A stretch of DNA of 63,972 nucleotides, filler included, from Octopus bimaculoides (GCF_001194135.2; 6 parts of 6 records of this genome joined end to end with filler, not necessarily neighbours in it); one strand, 5' to 3'; shown: positions 1 to 11,699, numbered from the whole stretch's first letter. Made by a program: numbers and translations. Notes: generated by a model from the sequence alone, not told the origin.

Positions 1-313
1 AATATATAAAACAATAATATATAAAAAAATAAATATACCCATACATTATATTGTCTTTGAGCTTTTGTAGTTCAATAGTAGTTCATGTATAAACTGGTAG
101 GAAAAATAAGGATGCATGAGAGTTGAGAGTTTTGTTAGGTTTAAAAAAAGGGTTAAAAGTTTGTGTTAAGCAGGAAATGTGGTGTCAAAACAGGAAGTGT
201 GTGTAAGGGGAGACAAGTGTTTTTAGTTGGAGTTATGAACTCATTTTCAACAGGAAGTTTGTGTCTGTTCATAGAGAAATAAGGTCACTGAGGGGTGTGT
301 GTGTTATATATAT

Positions 314-584
314 GGTTTCTACAGCTGGATGCCTTTCTTAATGCCAGCCACTGCAAGAGTGTAATAGGTACATTTTATATGCCACTAGCACAGGTGCCAG
401 TTATGAGACACCGGCATCAGTCACAACTACAATTTCATTTGGCTTGACGAGTCTTCTCAAGCATGACATATCGCCAAATGTCTCAGTCACTTGTCATCAC
501 CCCCATGTGACCCAATGTTCGAAGATCATGCTTCACCACCTCGTCCCATGTCTTCTTGGGTCTACCTCTTCCACAGGTTCCCTC

Positions 585-590
<6 letters not shown>
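314..590 (-). mobile_element. RTE-clade LINE 3' fragment (end of ORF plus 3' UTR)
   Basis: Minus strand reads VEGTCGRGRPKKTWDEVVKHDLRTLGHMGVMTSD, the GRPxKTW..V..DL C-terminal motif of RTE/RTE-X ORFs. Same family as 7346-8075. Confidence 0.8.
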
Positions 591-632
<42 letters not shown>

Positions 633-634
<2 letters not shown>

Positions 635-760
635 ATGGGCTTTCAGTTTCTGTCTTCCAGATGCACTCACAAAGCTTTGGTCGGTCCAAAGCTATAGTAG
701 AAGACACTTGCCCAAGGTGCCACACAGTGAGACTGAACCCTGAACCATGTGGTTGGGAAG
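633..760 (-). mobile_element. tRNA-derived SINE family A, 5' half
   Basis: Matches the repeated body tttcagtttc..accaaatccactcacaaggctttggtcggcccgaggctatagtagaagacacttgcccaaggtgcc seen in more than 10 copies in the window. Confidence 0.85.
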
Positions 761-911
761 GTAACATACACTCACGACAAGACATATTTTCATGGAAGAT
801 TGAAAATGAAGGATGCCACTTATATGACAATGTTACTTGTCTACAACTACCATGCAGGAGCAGGTAAGAGGAGGGGGCAATAACATGCTCACATACCTAT
901 GTGTCTAGCTT

Positions 912-1050
912 CTTTCAGTTTCCATCAACCAAATCCACTTACAAGGCTTTGGTTGGCCTGGGGCTATAGTAAAAGTTACTTGGCATACTGAGGGACCAAA
1001 TCCTTAACCAAGTTGTTGGAAAGAAAACTTCTAATCACAAGGCCATACCT
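912..1050 (-). mobile_element. SINE family A, degraded 5' half
   Basis: tctttcagtttccatcaaccaaatccacttacaaggctttggttggcctgggg matches the family body. Confidence 0.75.
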
Positions 1051-1094
1051 ATATCTAAATGTGTGTGTGTGTGTGTGTGCGTGTGTATGTGAAC

Positions 1095-1375
1095 CGTAAC
1101 AAAGTCCTGGAAAGAGCCAGCAGTCAAAGCATTGAAACACTGTCTCTGATGGTTAGGATATGGAAGATTGAAGGTTTCCATGCCAAGTCTTCAGAGAGCT
1201 CACTTCAGGGAAAAGACCATGGGGTTTCCCTCTTTGAAGATACATGAACTAACTCATAACAATGAAGGCCACTGGACTTGAGCCAGTGAAACACAAGCCT
1301 GAGATCATACCAAGTGGCATCAACATTGGAACCAAAAACTTTGAAACCACCAGAAGAGAAAGAGATAAAGCTGCC
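1095..1375 (+). mobile_element. RTE (BovB-like) LINE, degraded ORF C-terminus
   Basis: Frame-shifted peptides NKVLERASSQSIETL, MED*RFPCQVFRELTSGKRPWGFPL*RY and INIGTKNFETTRRE resemble the RTE consensus EVLERA..SIE..MED.RLPK..FYGEL..GKR.RG.P..RY. Confidence 0.7.
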
Positions 1376-1386
1376 ACCACCACTAC

Positions 1387-1427
<41 letters not shown>

Positions 1428-1428
<1 letters not shown>

Positions 1429-1572
1429 GGTGTTAGGAAGAGCATCAAGCCATAGAGACCATGCCCACAAAAGACAATTGGAGTCCGAACAGCTCTCTGG
1501 CTGGCCAGCTCCATGTCAAACCGTCCAATCCATACCAGCATGGAAGATGGAAGTTAAATAATGATGGTGATA
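1428..1572 (+). mobile_element. RTE LINE 3' UTR/tail fragment
   Basis: ttaggaagagcatcaagcc..ccataccagcatggaagatggaagttaaataatgatggtgat is homologous to the tails at 2935-3215 and 7930-8075. Confidence 0.7.
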
Positions 1573-1593
1573 TATATTTATATATATACATAT

Positions 1594-1978
1594 TCTTTTA
1601 GTCATTTACTTGTTTCAGTTGTTTGACTATGGCCATGCTGGAGCACTACCTTTAGTTGATCAAATCGATCCCAGGACTTATTCATTTGTAAGTCTAGTAC
1701 TTATTCTGTTGGTCTCTTTTGCTGAACCACTAAGTTACAGGGACGTAAACACATCAACATTGGTTGTCAAGCGATGGTGGGAGGACAAACACACACACAC
1801 ACACACACACATACGTACACGATGGGCTTCTTCTAGTTTCCATCTACCAAATCCACTAATAAAGCTTTGGTCAGCCTGAGGCTATAGTAGAAGTCACTTG
1901 CCCAAGGTGTCACATAGTGGGACTGAACCCAGAGCCATGCGGTTGGGAAGCAAGCTTTTTGGCTCACAGCCAGGCTTC
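1594..1978 (-). mobile_element. SINE family A, full length, CpG-decayed
   Basis: Pol III-type head, CCTTGGGCAAGT CORE-like block, central (CA)n, 3' gtgctccagcatggcc..aaacaagtaaa tail. Confidence 0.9.
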
Positions 1979-2934
1979 CTGATGTTTCCAGCTACCAAAT
2001 TCCTTCACAAACCATTGGCCAGCTTGAGACTATATTTACTCAAGCTTTAGCAGTAATAGGTTCAGCAACATAAGAGTGCTTCAGAAATACAGCTTGACAG
2101 ATCGTAGTAGTTAACTTCATTGTGGCCTTTCAACTTTAAATGGTTCTTCACCTCCGATCTGCCACATTGCTCGTTTGTTCAGTTCAGCTACATGATACCT
2201 TGTTTACCATGCAATTGAACTGATCCCAAAATCATGTGGTTACTGAATTTTTTATATTTGTTGTATTACTAAAAGATAGAAAGGGAGAAGAGGACTGTAT
2301 AAAGTTAACCTGATTATAAATGACAAGCATCCACAGGGACTTTTGTGCTTTTTTCTGTTTTTGTAGTGTTAAGTGGATACCAGTTAAATCTGTTCCTGAG
2401 CTTTTGATTATCTGTAGTTGAACTTTAAGAAGATTTGTATTCAGAGGGATTCCAGCTGTAACCATCCTGTCTTTTTAGGAGCATGGAGAGCATCATTATT
2501 ATCTGTTATTTCTTTTCTTGATTTAGGATGGTAGGGCATGACCTCAGAGAAATTTGACTGTTATTTATAACAGGCCAAGTGACCATATAGAGGCTCCCTT
2601 GTTGACTCACAAGACACTATTATTATTGATAGGTAATTATTTCATGTATGATCAATTGAAGCCATGCAGGAAATAACAGTGAATTATTGTTAAGTGTTTT
2701 GGTAAAATACAGCAAGTAACATCAGTAACAGGATATAACACAATCCATTGGCTGTTTCCCTTATATCCTATTGACACCCACAGCTTTACTGCTGAATAAA
2801 AAATGCCTGAAATAATAATAAATGAAAATAAGGTGTGGATTTTGAAATTTTTATAGAGATTCATCCTCCACAGCAGAAATGTTAATGTTGCTCCTGTTGC
2901 TGAAGAGGATGGTCTGCAAGAGCCCGATGTCAGT

Positions 2935-3215
2935 GTTACATAAAAGCACTTGTGCCAGCACCATATAAAAAGCACCTGTGTTGGCTCCATGCAATAGCTC
3001 CCATGCCAGTGCTATGAAAAAAGTGCTCATACTGATGCCATGTAAAAGCACCCAGCTCAACCTGTAAAGTGGTTGGTATTAGGAAGGGCATCCAGCTATA
3101 AAAACCAAGTCAAATAAGACTGGAACCTGGTACAGCTCTCTATCTTGCCAGCTCTGATCAAACTAGCCAGCCCATGCCAGCATGGAAAATGGACGTTAAA
3201 GGATGATATTGAAAA
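2935..3215 (+). mobile_element. RTE LINE 3' UTR with (GAT)n-like end
   Basis: ttaggaagggcatccagct..cccatgccagcatggaaaatggacgttaaaggatgat. Confidence 0.75.
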
Positions 3216-3699
3216 TAATGATTTCTTGTATCTGGCAAATCTAATGTTTTAAAATCTGAGGAAAATAATTTTGTCATGTATTGGTTCACTACAGTTTCAG
3301 TGGCAGAAGTGATAAGGAGTTTCTGTGAAACTGGAGCAGAACAAATACCTCAAAATATTTTTGTTAGATGTTTATATGCAATTTTCTCTCTGATGAGTAG
3401 ATTTTTTTGCCAATGTATATGCATATCACTGTATCACCCAGACTATTAGATGTTATATATGACTAGTCATAATGTGCTTTGCTGCATTGTTGTAGCTTTT
3501 GAATAATGCCACCCCATTGGTTAGGTGGGCTGGCCAACATTCCTCTTAAATGGAACGCCACTCTGTCGCAAGTTTACCTATTTACAGCTGAGTGAACTGG
3601 AGCAACATAAAATGAAGCATTTTGCTCAAGAACACAATGGGCTGTTGTTCTGGAAATCTCAATCTTGTGATAACGGGTGCAATACTGTAACCAGTAGAC

Positions 3700-3872
3700 C
3701 ACTATATACGATGGGCTTCTTTCAGTTTCCGTTTACCAAATCCACTCACAAGGCTTTGGTCAGCCTGAGGCTATAGTAGAAGACATTTACCCAAGGTGCC
3801 TCACAGTAGGACTGAATCCGGAACCATGTGGTTGGGAAACCACCTACTTACCACACAGCCACTCCTGTGCTT
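3700..3872 (-). mobile_element. SINE family A, 5' half
   Basis: Family body plus head ending cttaccacacagccactcctgtgc. Confidence 0.85.
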
Positions 3873-4234
3873 ATGAATATATATTTGATATATATTTATA
3901 TGATGGACTCTTCCATTTGACAATGGATGAGGCTTCTGCAAAAAATTACTGAACAACCATACAGTTGTTTATAGTGATCAAACATTTGTGTTGCACATAT
4001 GCTCACTTCCTCCATCAAGACAACGTTACCTGTACAGGTGCACAAGTCTGTCACTTGTCAGATGTCAAAATGATTGCAGGGCAACGTGAAATGAAGTAGC
4101 TTGCTCAAGGGCACTATGCACCTCAAAGCTTGGGAAATGAAATGGCGATTGCGAAATTTTGAGTGCAACACCCTAACCAGAGGGCCATGTGCCTTCACAA
4201 TACAAATATATTCAAGCACACACACACGTACATA

Positions 4235-4610
4235 TCTTTTATCTTTTACTTGTTTCAGTCATTAGACTGCGACCATGCTGGGGCACTGCCTTGAAGAACT
4301 TTTAGTCGAACGAATTGACCCCAGTGCTTCTTTCTCTCTTTTTCTTTTAAGCTTAGCACTTATTCTCTTAATCTCTGTGCTGAAATGCTAAGTTACAGGG
4401 ACATAAAGACACCAGCACCAGTTGCCAAGTGGTGGTGGGGTGGGGAACAAACACTGACACATACACACACACACACACACACTTCAGTTTCCGTCTACCA
4501 AATCCACTCACAAGGCTTTAGCTGGCCTGATGCTATATTAGAAGACACTTGCTGAATATGCCATGCAAGTGGGCGAAAAGCAAGCTTCTTACCACATGGC
4601 CATGCCTTGC
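4235..4610 (-). mobile_element. SINE family A, near full length
   Basis: Tail, central (CA)n and head are all alignable to 15106-15462. Confidence 0.8.
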
Positions 4611-4974
4611 ACCCACCCACCCACTCACACGCACATGATGGGACAATTTTAAGATATTAGAAATATATCCAACTGCAAAAAAAAAAAAAGTTCTTTGTGG
4701 AGATGGCTATATTCACGAAGGGAGGTTATTCTTGTCGAATTATGTCCCTTATTAGGAGCACTCGATACGTGGTTAGTCAAGAAACAGTGGGTGCATAACA
4801 GGATGCAAATTCAGAACTTGATATTCTTGGAACTTCTGTTAGCAAATGGCAATATTGAAACAGGATTATGAAAGAAGTTTCTATCGTTTTGTTCATTACT
4901 GTCTAAATGATTCGACTTGTAAGTTATATCATGCTGCTTAAATTAACTTAACATTTAATCATACTGTCTTTGGT

Positions 4975-5155
4975 TATCTTTTGCTTGTTTCAGTCATTAG
5001 ACTGCGGCCATGCTGGAGCACCATTTTGAAGAATTTTTAGTCAAAAGAATCGAACCTAGTACTTATTTTTTTTAAAGCATGATACTTATTCTGTCAGTCC
5101 TTTTTTACCAAACCACTAAGTTATGAGGATTTTAACGCACCAAAACTGGTTACTC
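4975..5155 (-). mobile_element. SINE family A, 3' half
   Basis: ttgtttcagtcattagactgcggccatgctggagcacc..ccactaagttat. Confidence 0.75.
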
Positions 5156-5576
5156 CAGTAATTGTTTTTTATTTGGGCACAATACCAGTAGTTGGGGTTA
5201 GTCAGTTACATTGACTTACTTTATTTTATCTACCCTAAAGGGATAAAAAAGCAAGTTGAGCTTGGTGGTATTTGAACTCAAATTGATCAATTATTCTAGT
5301 AATTAAAGGCAATTGATTCATTTAATCATTAATTTTCCTTGTTAGAAGGCCATACACAAGCTTCCCTGTTGGCCTGTAATTGATGTTATAAATGGTGCAC
5401 TTTCTTTTTCCAAAATATTGTCTCAAAAAATCACCCCAAGTCCTGTATGTGAAGTTGGACTTCCTATAAGCTATTTTTGTCCCTATGTTCACTGTTATAT
5501 GCTAGTTTTTAATCGAGGCAGTCTCATCTACTGGCCTGATTCCATTTAACTAGGATATTCAGTTATAGCTTATGTA

Positions 5577-6120
5577 TCATGTGATCTGATGGTCTTGGTA
5601 TTGGAGGTGGCAGGAGTCTATCTTCCTGCTGCTAATATAAACAATAGTGCACCAAAAAGCCAATATGAGAGTTTCTCTCATGGTATCTACCACAGTTTAG
5701 TTTTTTTCTCATAGAACATCCATGTTTAAGTGGGGATAAATATTACTTCTTGTTATCAATATTGCTAATATATATTTTTTAACAATCTAACTAGCTAACC
5801 ACAACACTTGTGTCTGTTCTAGCATTGTCAATCTATATATTGCTAGAGGGCAGATGAATTGCTATTGCCTCCAGTGGTTGAGTGTCCGTCATTGACAAGA
5901 CCAAACAAGGCTGAAATCACATGATTGGTGGTCTCAGTACTGGAGGTGGCAGGGGTTTATCTTCCTGCTAGTGATATAAACAACAGTGCGTTTTGCACCA
6001 AAAGCCAATATGCTAGTGGTAACTACTGCAATATAGTTTGTTCTAATAGAACATCCATTCTTTAAGTGGGGATAAATATTACCTCTCAGTATTAATACTG
6101 CCTCTGTCACTAATATATAT
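5577..6120 (+). repeat. Diverged direct duplication of about 200 bp (5577-5775 vs 5917-6120)
   Basis: Shared blocks tggaggtggcagg..tatcttcctgct, gcaccaaaa(a)gccaatatg and tttaagtggggataaatattac, 340 bp apart. Confidence 0.85.
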
Positions 6121-6886
6121 ATAGCTAAGGTAGATTGGTAATGTACTGTTAGAGTATTTTAAATGTTAACTATTCTTTCTGATCATGGATTTACCTATAG
6201 AATACCTTATCTCACTGGATTTAATTGGACCCTTCCACTCTCCTGGACATAATGAACCACAACAAATATTATTGATGAGGAACATTCTTCCACTGACTCA
6301 CCTATATCTCTCTGATGACAGTATACTCACCTTACATAGTCTTCACTCAATGCAATGCTCCAATAGCTGGGATATCCCAGAAACAGCTGTCAGAGACTAT
6401 TTTTTACTATTTGTTATGTAGCTAAATTAGATTGAATTAAATGTCCTTGTCATGTCTTGCCTAATTGTTTGTCTTTCCTCACTACTTTATTCTGCATTAA
6501 AATATCTTTTTCCAGAATATGTGCTGCTGAAATTGGGTTGTATCTAATATGCTTGTGTGACTTATATGTCATTAGATACAGTAATTTCAGTATTTTGATG
6601 TGAAAAAGATAGTTTTGTAAAACTCAAGAAAGCCGTTGATATTTTCTTTAGCAGTGGTATCTCTGGCTTTGTAAGTCTGAGGTATGATTGAGTATTTTAC
6701 ATACTAAATAAAAATTTGGTAGGATTTCCCATAGGTAGTATAGAGAGTTGAAAAATTCTAATCAACTGAAATTATCCAAGCAGTTATTCATCAAAAATGA
6801 ACAGCCACGCTGGATTCACAATGATGCTCATCTACAACCATCTTGTGATGTTTAGACAAGGGTACCCCTCGCATTTTACATATATA

Positions 6887-6990
6887 CAGGCATACCTCAG
6901 CTTATATTGGTAATTAGTTCCAAGACATGCGACTTGTAAAAAATCACAAAACACAAAAAATCATTTAAAAAATGTATTAGCATATATTTG
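6887..6990 (+). mobile_element. pogo/Tigger-like terminal inverted repeat end
   Basis: TA followed by CAGGCATACCTC, the Tigger-type TIR start. No partner TIR found. Confidence 0.5.
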
Positions 6991-7183
6991 TTTTAATAAA
7001 TGGTTTATATGTATTTTCACACGTATTCTTTTTTTTTTAATGCTCTACTTCAGTATTGGTTTTTTTAAAGTATTTTTAAAACCAGATAAAATGACTGAAA
7101 TATATTTTTGTCATTAGTTTCTTTAAACCGCCCCCCCCTCCCAGCAATGTAAAGTCGAAATAGGCACAGGCATGACTTTATAA

Positions 7184-8185
7184 GTGCAGGCATGGCTGCA
7201 TGGTAAGAAGTTTGCTTCCCGACCACATGATTCTGGGTTAAGTCCCACTATGTGGAACCTTGGGCAAGTGTCTTCTGTTATAACCTCAGGCCGACTAAAG
7301 CCTTGTGAGTGGATTTGGTAGACAGAAACTGAAAGAAGCCCATCATCAGTGTGCATGCATGACTGAGTGTAAGCGTCTTGAGAGAAAAGTTGGGCATAAG
7401 AGGCATTAGATGGGGTGTGCAAGCGAGACCACTGTGCTGGTATAGTCATGTGATGTGTATGGATGAGGTCAGCTGTGTGAAGAGATACTGAACTCTAATG
7501 GTGGCGAGAACCTATCAAAGACCCAGGAAGACATGAAACGAGGTGGTGAAGCACAATCTTCAAATGTTGGGCCTCATGAAGGCAATGACCAGTGACTGAG
7601 ACTTTTGGCAATATGCTGTGCCAAGTGAAATCGTAGTCATGGCTGATGCCAGTGTCGTGTATTTGGCATGTAAAAAGCATCCTTTGGACGTTAGGCAATA
7701 TACTGTGCTTGAAATTGTAATCATGTGTCAGTGGCTAGTAAAAAGCACCATTCAAATGTAGGGCCTCACGAAGGCAGTAACAAGTGACTGAGACCTTTGG
7801 TGATATACTATGCTTGAGAAGATGTCAAGCCAAGTGAGATCGTAGTTGTGGCTGATGCTGATGTTACATAACTAGCACCCATGCCAGTGGCACATAAAAA
7901 GCACTCTCTACACCCTTGGAGTAGTTGGCATTAGGAAGGGTATCCAGCTGTAGAAACCATGCCAAATTAGATTGGAACCTGGTGCAGCTCTCCAGCTTAC
8001 CAGTTTTCAGTCAAACTGTCCAATCCATGCCAATATGGAAAGCATTAAATAATAAGCGTTAAATGATGATGATGATAATATATATATATATGTGTTGTGT
8101 GTCTTTGTGTCTGTATTTGTCCCCTGCTACCACTTGACAATCAGTGTTGGTGTGTTTACATCCCTGTAGTTTAGCGGTTTGACAT
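7184..8185 (+). mobile_element. SINE family A split by a nested RTE LINE (SINE 5' half 7184-7345, 3' half 8076-8185)
   Basis: Head tggctgcatggtaag..gaaagaagccc, and the SINE resumes after the LINE tail with (TA)n then gtctgtatttgtcccc..ggtgtgtttacatccc. Confidence 0.8.
7346..8075 (+). mobile_element. 5'-truncated RTE LINE (ORF C-terminus, 3' UTR, (GAT)n tail)
   Basis: SVSVLREKLGIRGIRWGVQARPLCWYSHVMCMDE..RPRKT*NEVVKHNLQMLGLMKAMTSD*DFWQYAV, then the UTR ending gttaaatgatgatgatgat. Confidence 0.85.
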
Positions 8186-8257
8186 TTGCTCGAATGTCTT
8201 TTCATGTGCCAGGAAGACGACGCTGGTAATGATCACGCTCAAATGGTGCTATTTATG

Positions 8258-8293
<36 letters not shown>

Positions 8294-8346
8294 GAAAATT
8301 ACTATTTGTAAATCTCTCAATGGGAGACATTCAGTGACAGTACTCT

Positions 8347-8681
8347 AGAGTAAAGATTATTTGCCAACATAATGTAGCAGTCCTGGTTAGGATGAATGCT
8401 ACTGCTATTTAGCTCCAGGAAACATTGTCTCCAGCTGGCTATACGACACACTATCTGTGTCCTTATATTTTTAAATAAGGGAGTTTAGCATCCCCACTCA
8501 GTGCAAAACAATATCTAGACATTGTTTTGTACTGAGTGAGGATGCTAAAATTCCTTGTTCGAAAATATAAGGACACAGTGTATTGTATAGCCAGCTGGAG
8601 ACGATGTTTCTTGGCAGTAAATAGCTGTAGCATTCTTCCTAATCAGGACTGCCACATTATGTTGGCAATGATCTTTACTCT
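8347..8681. mobile_element. Fold-back (long inverted repeat) element, about 166-bp arms and 8-nt loop
   Basis: 8347-8512 is the reverse complement of 8521-8681 with scattered mismatches. Loop atctagac. Partial second copy at 18470-18542. Confidence 0.9.
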
Positions 8682-8702
8682 CTCTCTCCTTATATATATA
8701 TA

Positions 8703-8802
8703 NNNNNNNNNNNNNNNNNNNNNNNNNNNNNNNNNNNNNNNNNNNNNNNNNNNNNNNNNNNNNNNNNNNNNNNNNNNNNNNNNNNNNNNNNNNNNNNNNN
8801 NN
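8703..8802. other. Exactly 100-N scaffold gap (probably unsized join)
   Basis: Round 100-N length without linker. Confidence 0.6.
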
Positions 8803-9538
8803 GCAAATGCAACATATAAGTTAGTCCTAGAGCGCACAATGTTCCTGAAGGTTAGGCAATGGTCTTCTTCGGTCACGAGTGGACGGTCATCATCATCACA
8901 TATACATATAATTTAAGTTTCCAACGTATTATGAGAAGCCGCGTGGATAAAATTTGGTAGGAAAACTGGAAAAATTGAAAAATCGTCTAGATGTCCCAGA
9001 AGTTTATCGTCCGGTAAAATATATGCATATATGAGCTTACTTTGTTTTTTCCTTCCTATGCTATTCTAATCTACAGCTGTTGCATTAGTATTGGTTTCTA
9101 TGTTAAGTTTGAACAATCTCTTGTTTCCTCTCTAAATTCTAATTCAGTCTTGTTGGGTATATTTGGAAAATTGTAATCTGCCGTGATCAGAGCTGACAAA
9201 TGCAGGATAAGAAAAGAGTACTCAAAACTGAATTAGAATGTATAATTTATATTTACCCAAACCCGAGTTAGTCCAGTTCCTTGGATTTCGCTAGAACCAT
9301 ACAGACCAGATCTCATATATTTAGCTTGTTGTCCTAGTTACATTGGAGATGGCACAAATCGCGTGATGTTGTGTTGCTTTTCTTGTAATGACGTGATTTT
9401 AGTTTTAAAAGGAAAGAGGTATTTCTCACTGGACTGGATTCACAAAAGATAAGCCAGGGTCATTGTCTAGCTACCTTTTCCATTCTTCTCTTTCTCCACA
9501 TGCGTATACATACATTCTCGAAAACATTTACACACTTA

Positions 9539-9792
9539 CGAAGTAGTACCAAAAAGTTCCTGCACTAGTTATGTTTAATAAAAATGAACTTATTTACCTA
9601 AGGTTTAACATCATCTCCTTCGAAATAGTCACCTTGCGCAGATATACACCGGTCACTGTGTTCCTACTGCTTTTGGAATCCAGCCTGGAAATCGTTTTCT
9701 GTAAGCGAGTCGAGGACCTTATGCGATTCGCTCTGGATCTCGACAACGGCGTTAAAACGGCGACCTTTGAACTGCATTTTCCTCTAGGGGAG
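9539..9792 (-). mobile_element. mariner transposon 3' end with TIR
   Basis: Minus frame KMQFKGRRFNAVVEIQSESHKVLDSLTENDFQAGFQKQ*EHSDRCISAQGDYFEGD is the mariner C-terminus. TA plus CGAAGTAGTACCAAAAAGTTCC is TIR-like. Truncated by a gap. Confidence 0.85.
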
Positions 9793-10562
9793 NNNNNNNN
9801 NNNNNNNNNNNNNNNNNNNNNNNNNNNNNNNNNNNNNNNNNNNNNNNNNNNNNNNNNNNNNNNNNNNNNNNNNNNNNNNNNNNNNNNNNNNNNNNNNNNN
9901 NNNNNNNNNNNNNNNNNNNNNNNNNNNNNNNNNNNNNNNNNNNNNNNNNNNNNNNNNNNNNNNNNNNNNNNNNNNNNNNNNNNNNNNNNNNNNNNNNNNN
10001 NNNNNNNNNNNNNNNNNNNNNNNNNNNNNNNNNNNNNNNNNNNNNNNNNNNNNNNNNNNNNNNNNNNNNNNNNNNNNNNNNNNNNNNNNNNNNNNNNNNN
10101 NNNNNNNNNNNNNNNNNNNNNNNNNNNNNNNNNNNNNNNNNNNNNNNNNNNNNNNNNNNNNNNNNNNNNNNNNNNNNNNNNNNNNNNNNNNNNNNNNNNN
10201 NNNNNNNNNNNNNNNNNNNNNNNNNNNNNNNNNNNNNNNNNNNNNNNNNNNNNNNNNNNNNNNNNNNNNNNNNNNNNNNNNNNNNNNNNNNNNNNNNNNN
10301 NNNNNNNNNNNNNNNNNNNNNNNNNNNNNNNNNNNNNNNNNNNNNNNNNNNNNNNNNNNNNNNNNNNNNNNNNNNNNNNNNNNNNNNNNNNNNNNNNNNN
10401 NNNNNNNNNNNNNNNNNNNNNNNNNNNNNNNNNNNNNNNNNNNNNNNNNNNNNNNNNNNNNNNNNNNNNNNNNNNNNNNNNNNNNNNNNNNNNNNNNNNN
10501 NNNNNNNNNNNNNNNNNNNNNNNNNNNNNNNNNNNNNNNNNNNNNNNNNNNNNNNNNNNNNN

Positions 10563-10651
<89 letters not shown>

Positions 10652-11304
10652 AATACATGCATACACACATACACGCACGCACATATTTTACTACACATAT
10701 TTTTGTTAATATCAATCAGCAGATGTTTGATGTAGCGTGTATATTTTGTTGCATGTATATGTGTGTCTGTATATCAGGCTATTTATGTACACATTGTATG
10801 AATATCTGATTATATATATACACATAACCATACACTTACACACACGTACACCCCTATATATCTGGCTATTTTCTTTTACCAATGCAATGTATGTGTGTGA
10901 GTGTGCGTGTATCCATTCGTTTATTTATTTACGTTTGCGTGTTTGAATGTGTGTATATACATACACACACACCCATGCACCTACACATACATTCAAATAC
11001 ATACATTCATTAATGCACATAGATGAATAGATGAAATACGCACACATATATCTCGGTGTTAATATCAGTTTCTGCTTGTTTGATGTAGCGTGTATGTTTT
11101 GATGTGTGTATACGTATGCATAAGTATATGTTTTCTTCTCCGAGCAAGCATGTGTTTATATGCGTATGTGTCCGTATATGCGTGTGAATGTATGCGTCCG
11201 CATTTATATGCGTGCGTCCGCATGTATGTGTGTTTATTAGTGTATGTATGTGTTTTATATAGTGTCGGTCTTACAGTCGGCTGCCCGTTGAGGGAACGGT
11301 AATG

Positions 11305-11321
11305 TGCGACATCTGGTGGCC
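11305..11321 (-). promoter_or_regulatory. Candidate CTCF-like motif
   Basis: Reverse complement GGCCACCAGATGTCGCA versus consensus CCACYAGRKGGCRS (one mismatch), in a CpG-rich unique patch. Confidence 0.3.
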
Positions 11322-11699
11322 GTTTAGCCACTTATTAAATACATAATCGAGCCGACGTTTCTTTGACACTTTCACTGGGCCCTGCTAAACCAACTGTCGC
11401 CAGAATGGTGTCAAGGTAGTGGTGGATGGTGCAGTGGCGGTGGTGGTGGTATTGCTATACGAGATGGTGAGGGGAAAATAATATTTTGAATGTGGTAGGT
11501 GTGTGTGTGGCGAATTTAGAGAATTTAGGGGTATGTTTTCTTTTCGTAGCTTTTGACGATGTATAGTATCTTGGTGGTGCCCATAGGGCGACAGTTTTCG
11601 AACAGACCTTAGATTAAAGTCACTCTAGCCGGGTCAGTTACTGAGAGTGTAATTTGAGGGAGATATAGTGGCTATATCTAACAGATCAAGGGACTAAAC

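Noticed and set aside
170-260. Three CAGGAA(G/A)T ETS-like sites
   Set aside because: Short motifs in CpG-poor DNA, compatible with chance or a decayed repeat.
2117-2198. Possible minus-strand exon (YHVAELNKRAMWQIGGEEPFKVERPQ*) with retained CpGs
   Set aside because: Short, poor polypyrimidine tract, no homology recognised.
2858-2945. Possible plus-strand exon (RFILHSRNVNVAPVAEEDGLQEPDVSVT*) after ttttatag
   Set aside because: Runs into a LINE tail, no good donor, no homology.
6331-6386. Possible minus-strand exon (LFLGYPSYWSIALSEDYV) with a perfect AG/GTGAGT donor
   Set aside because: Weak acceptor, only 56 nt, no recognisable homology. Worth an RNA-seq look only because it lies in the CpG-depleted domain.
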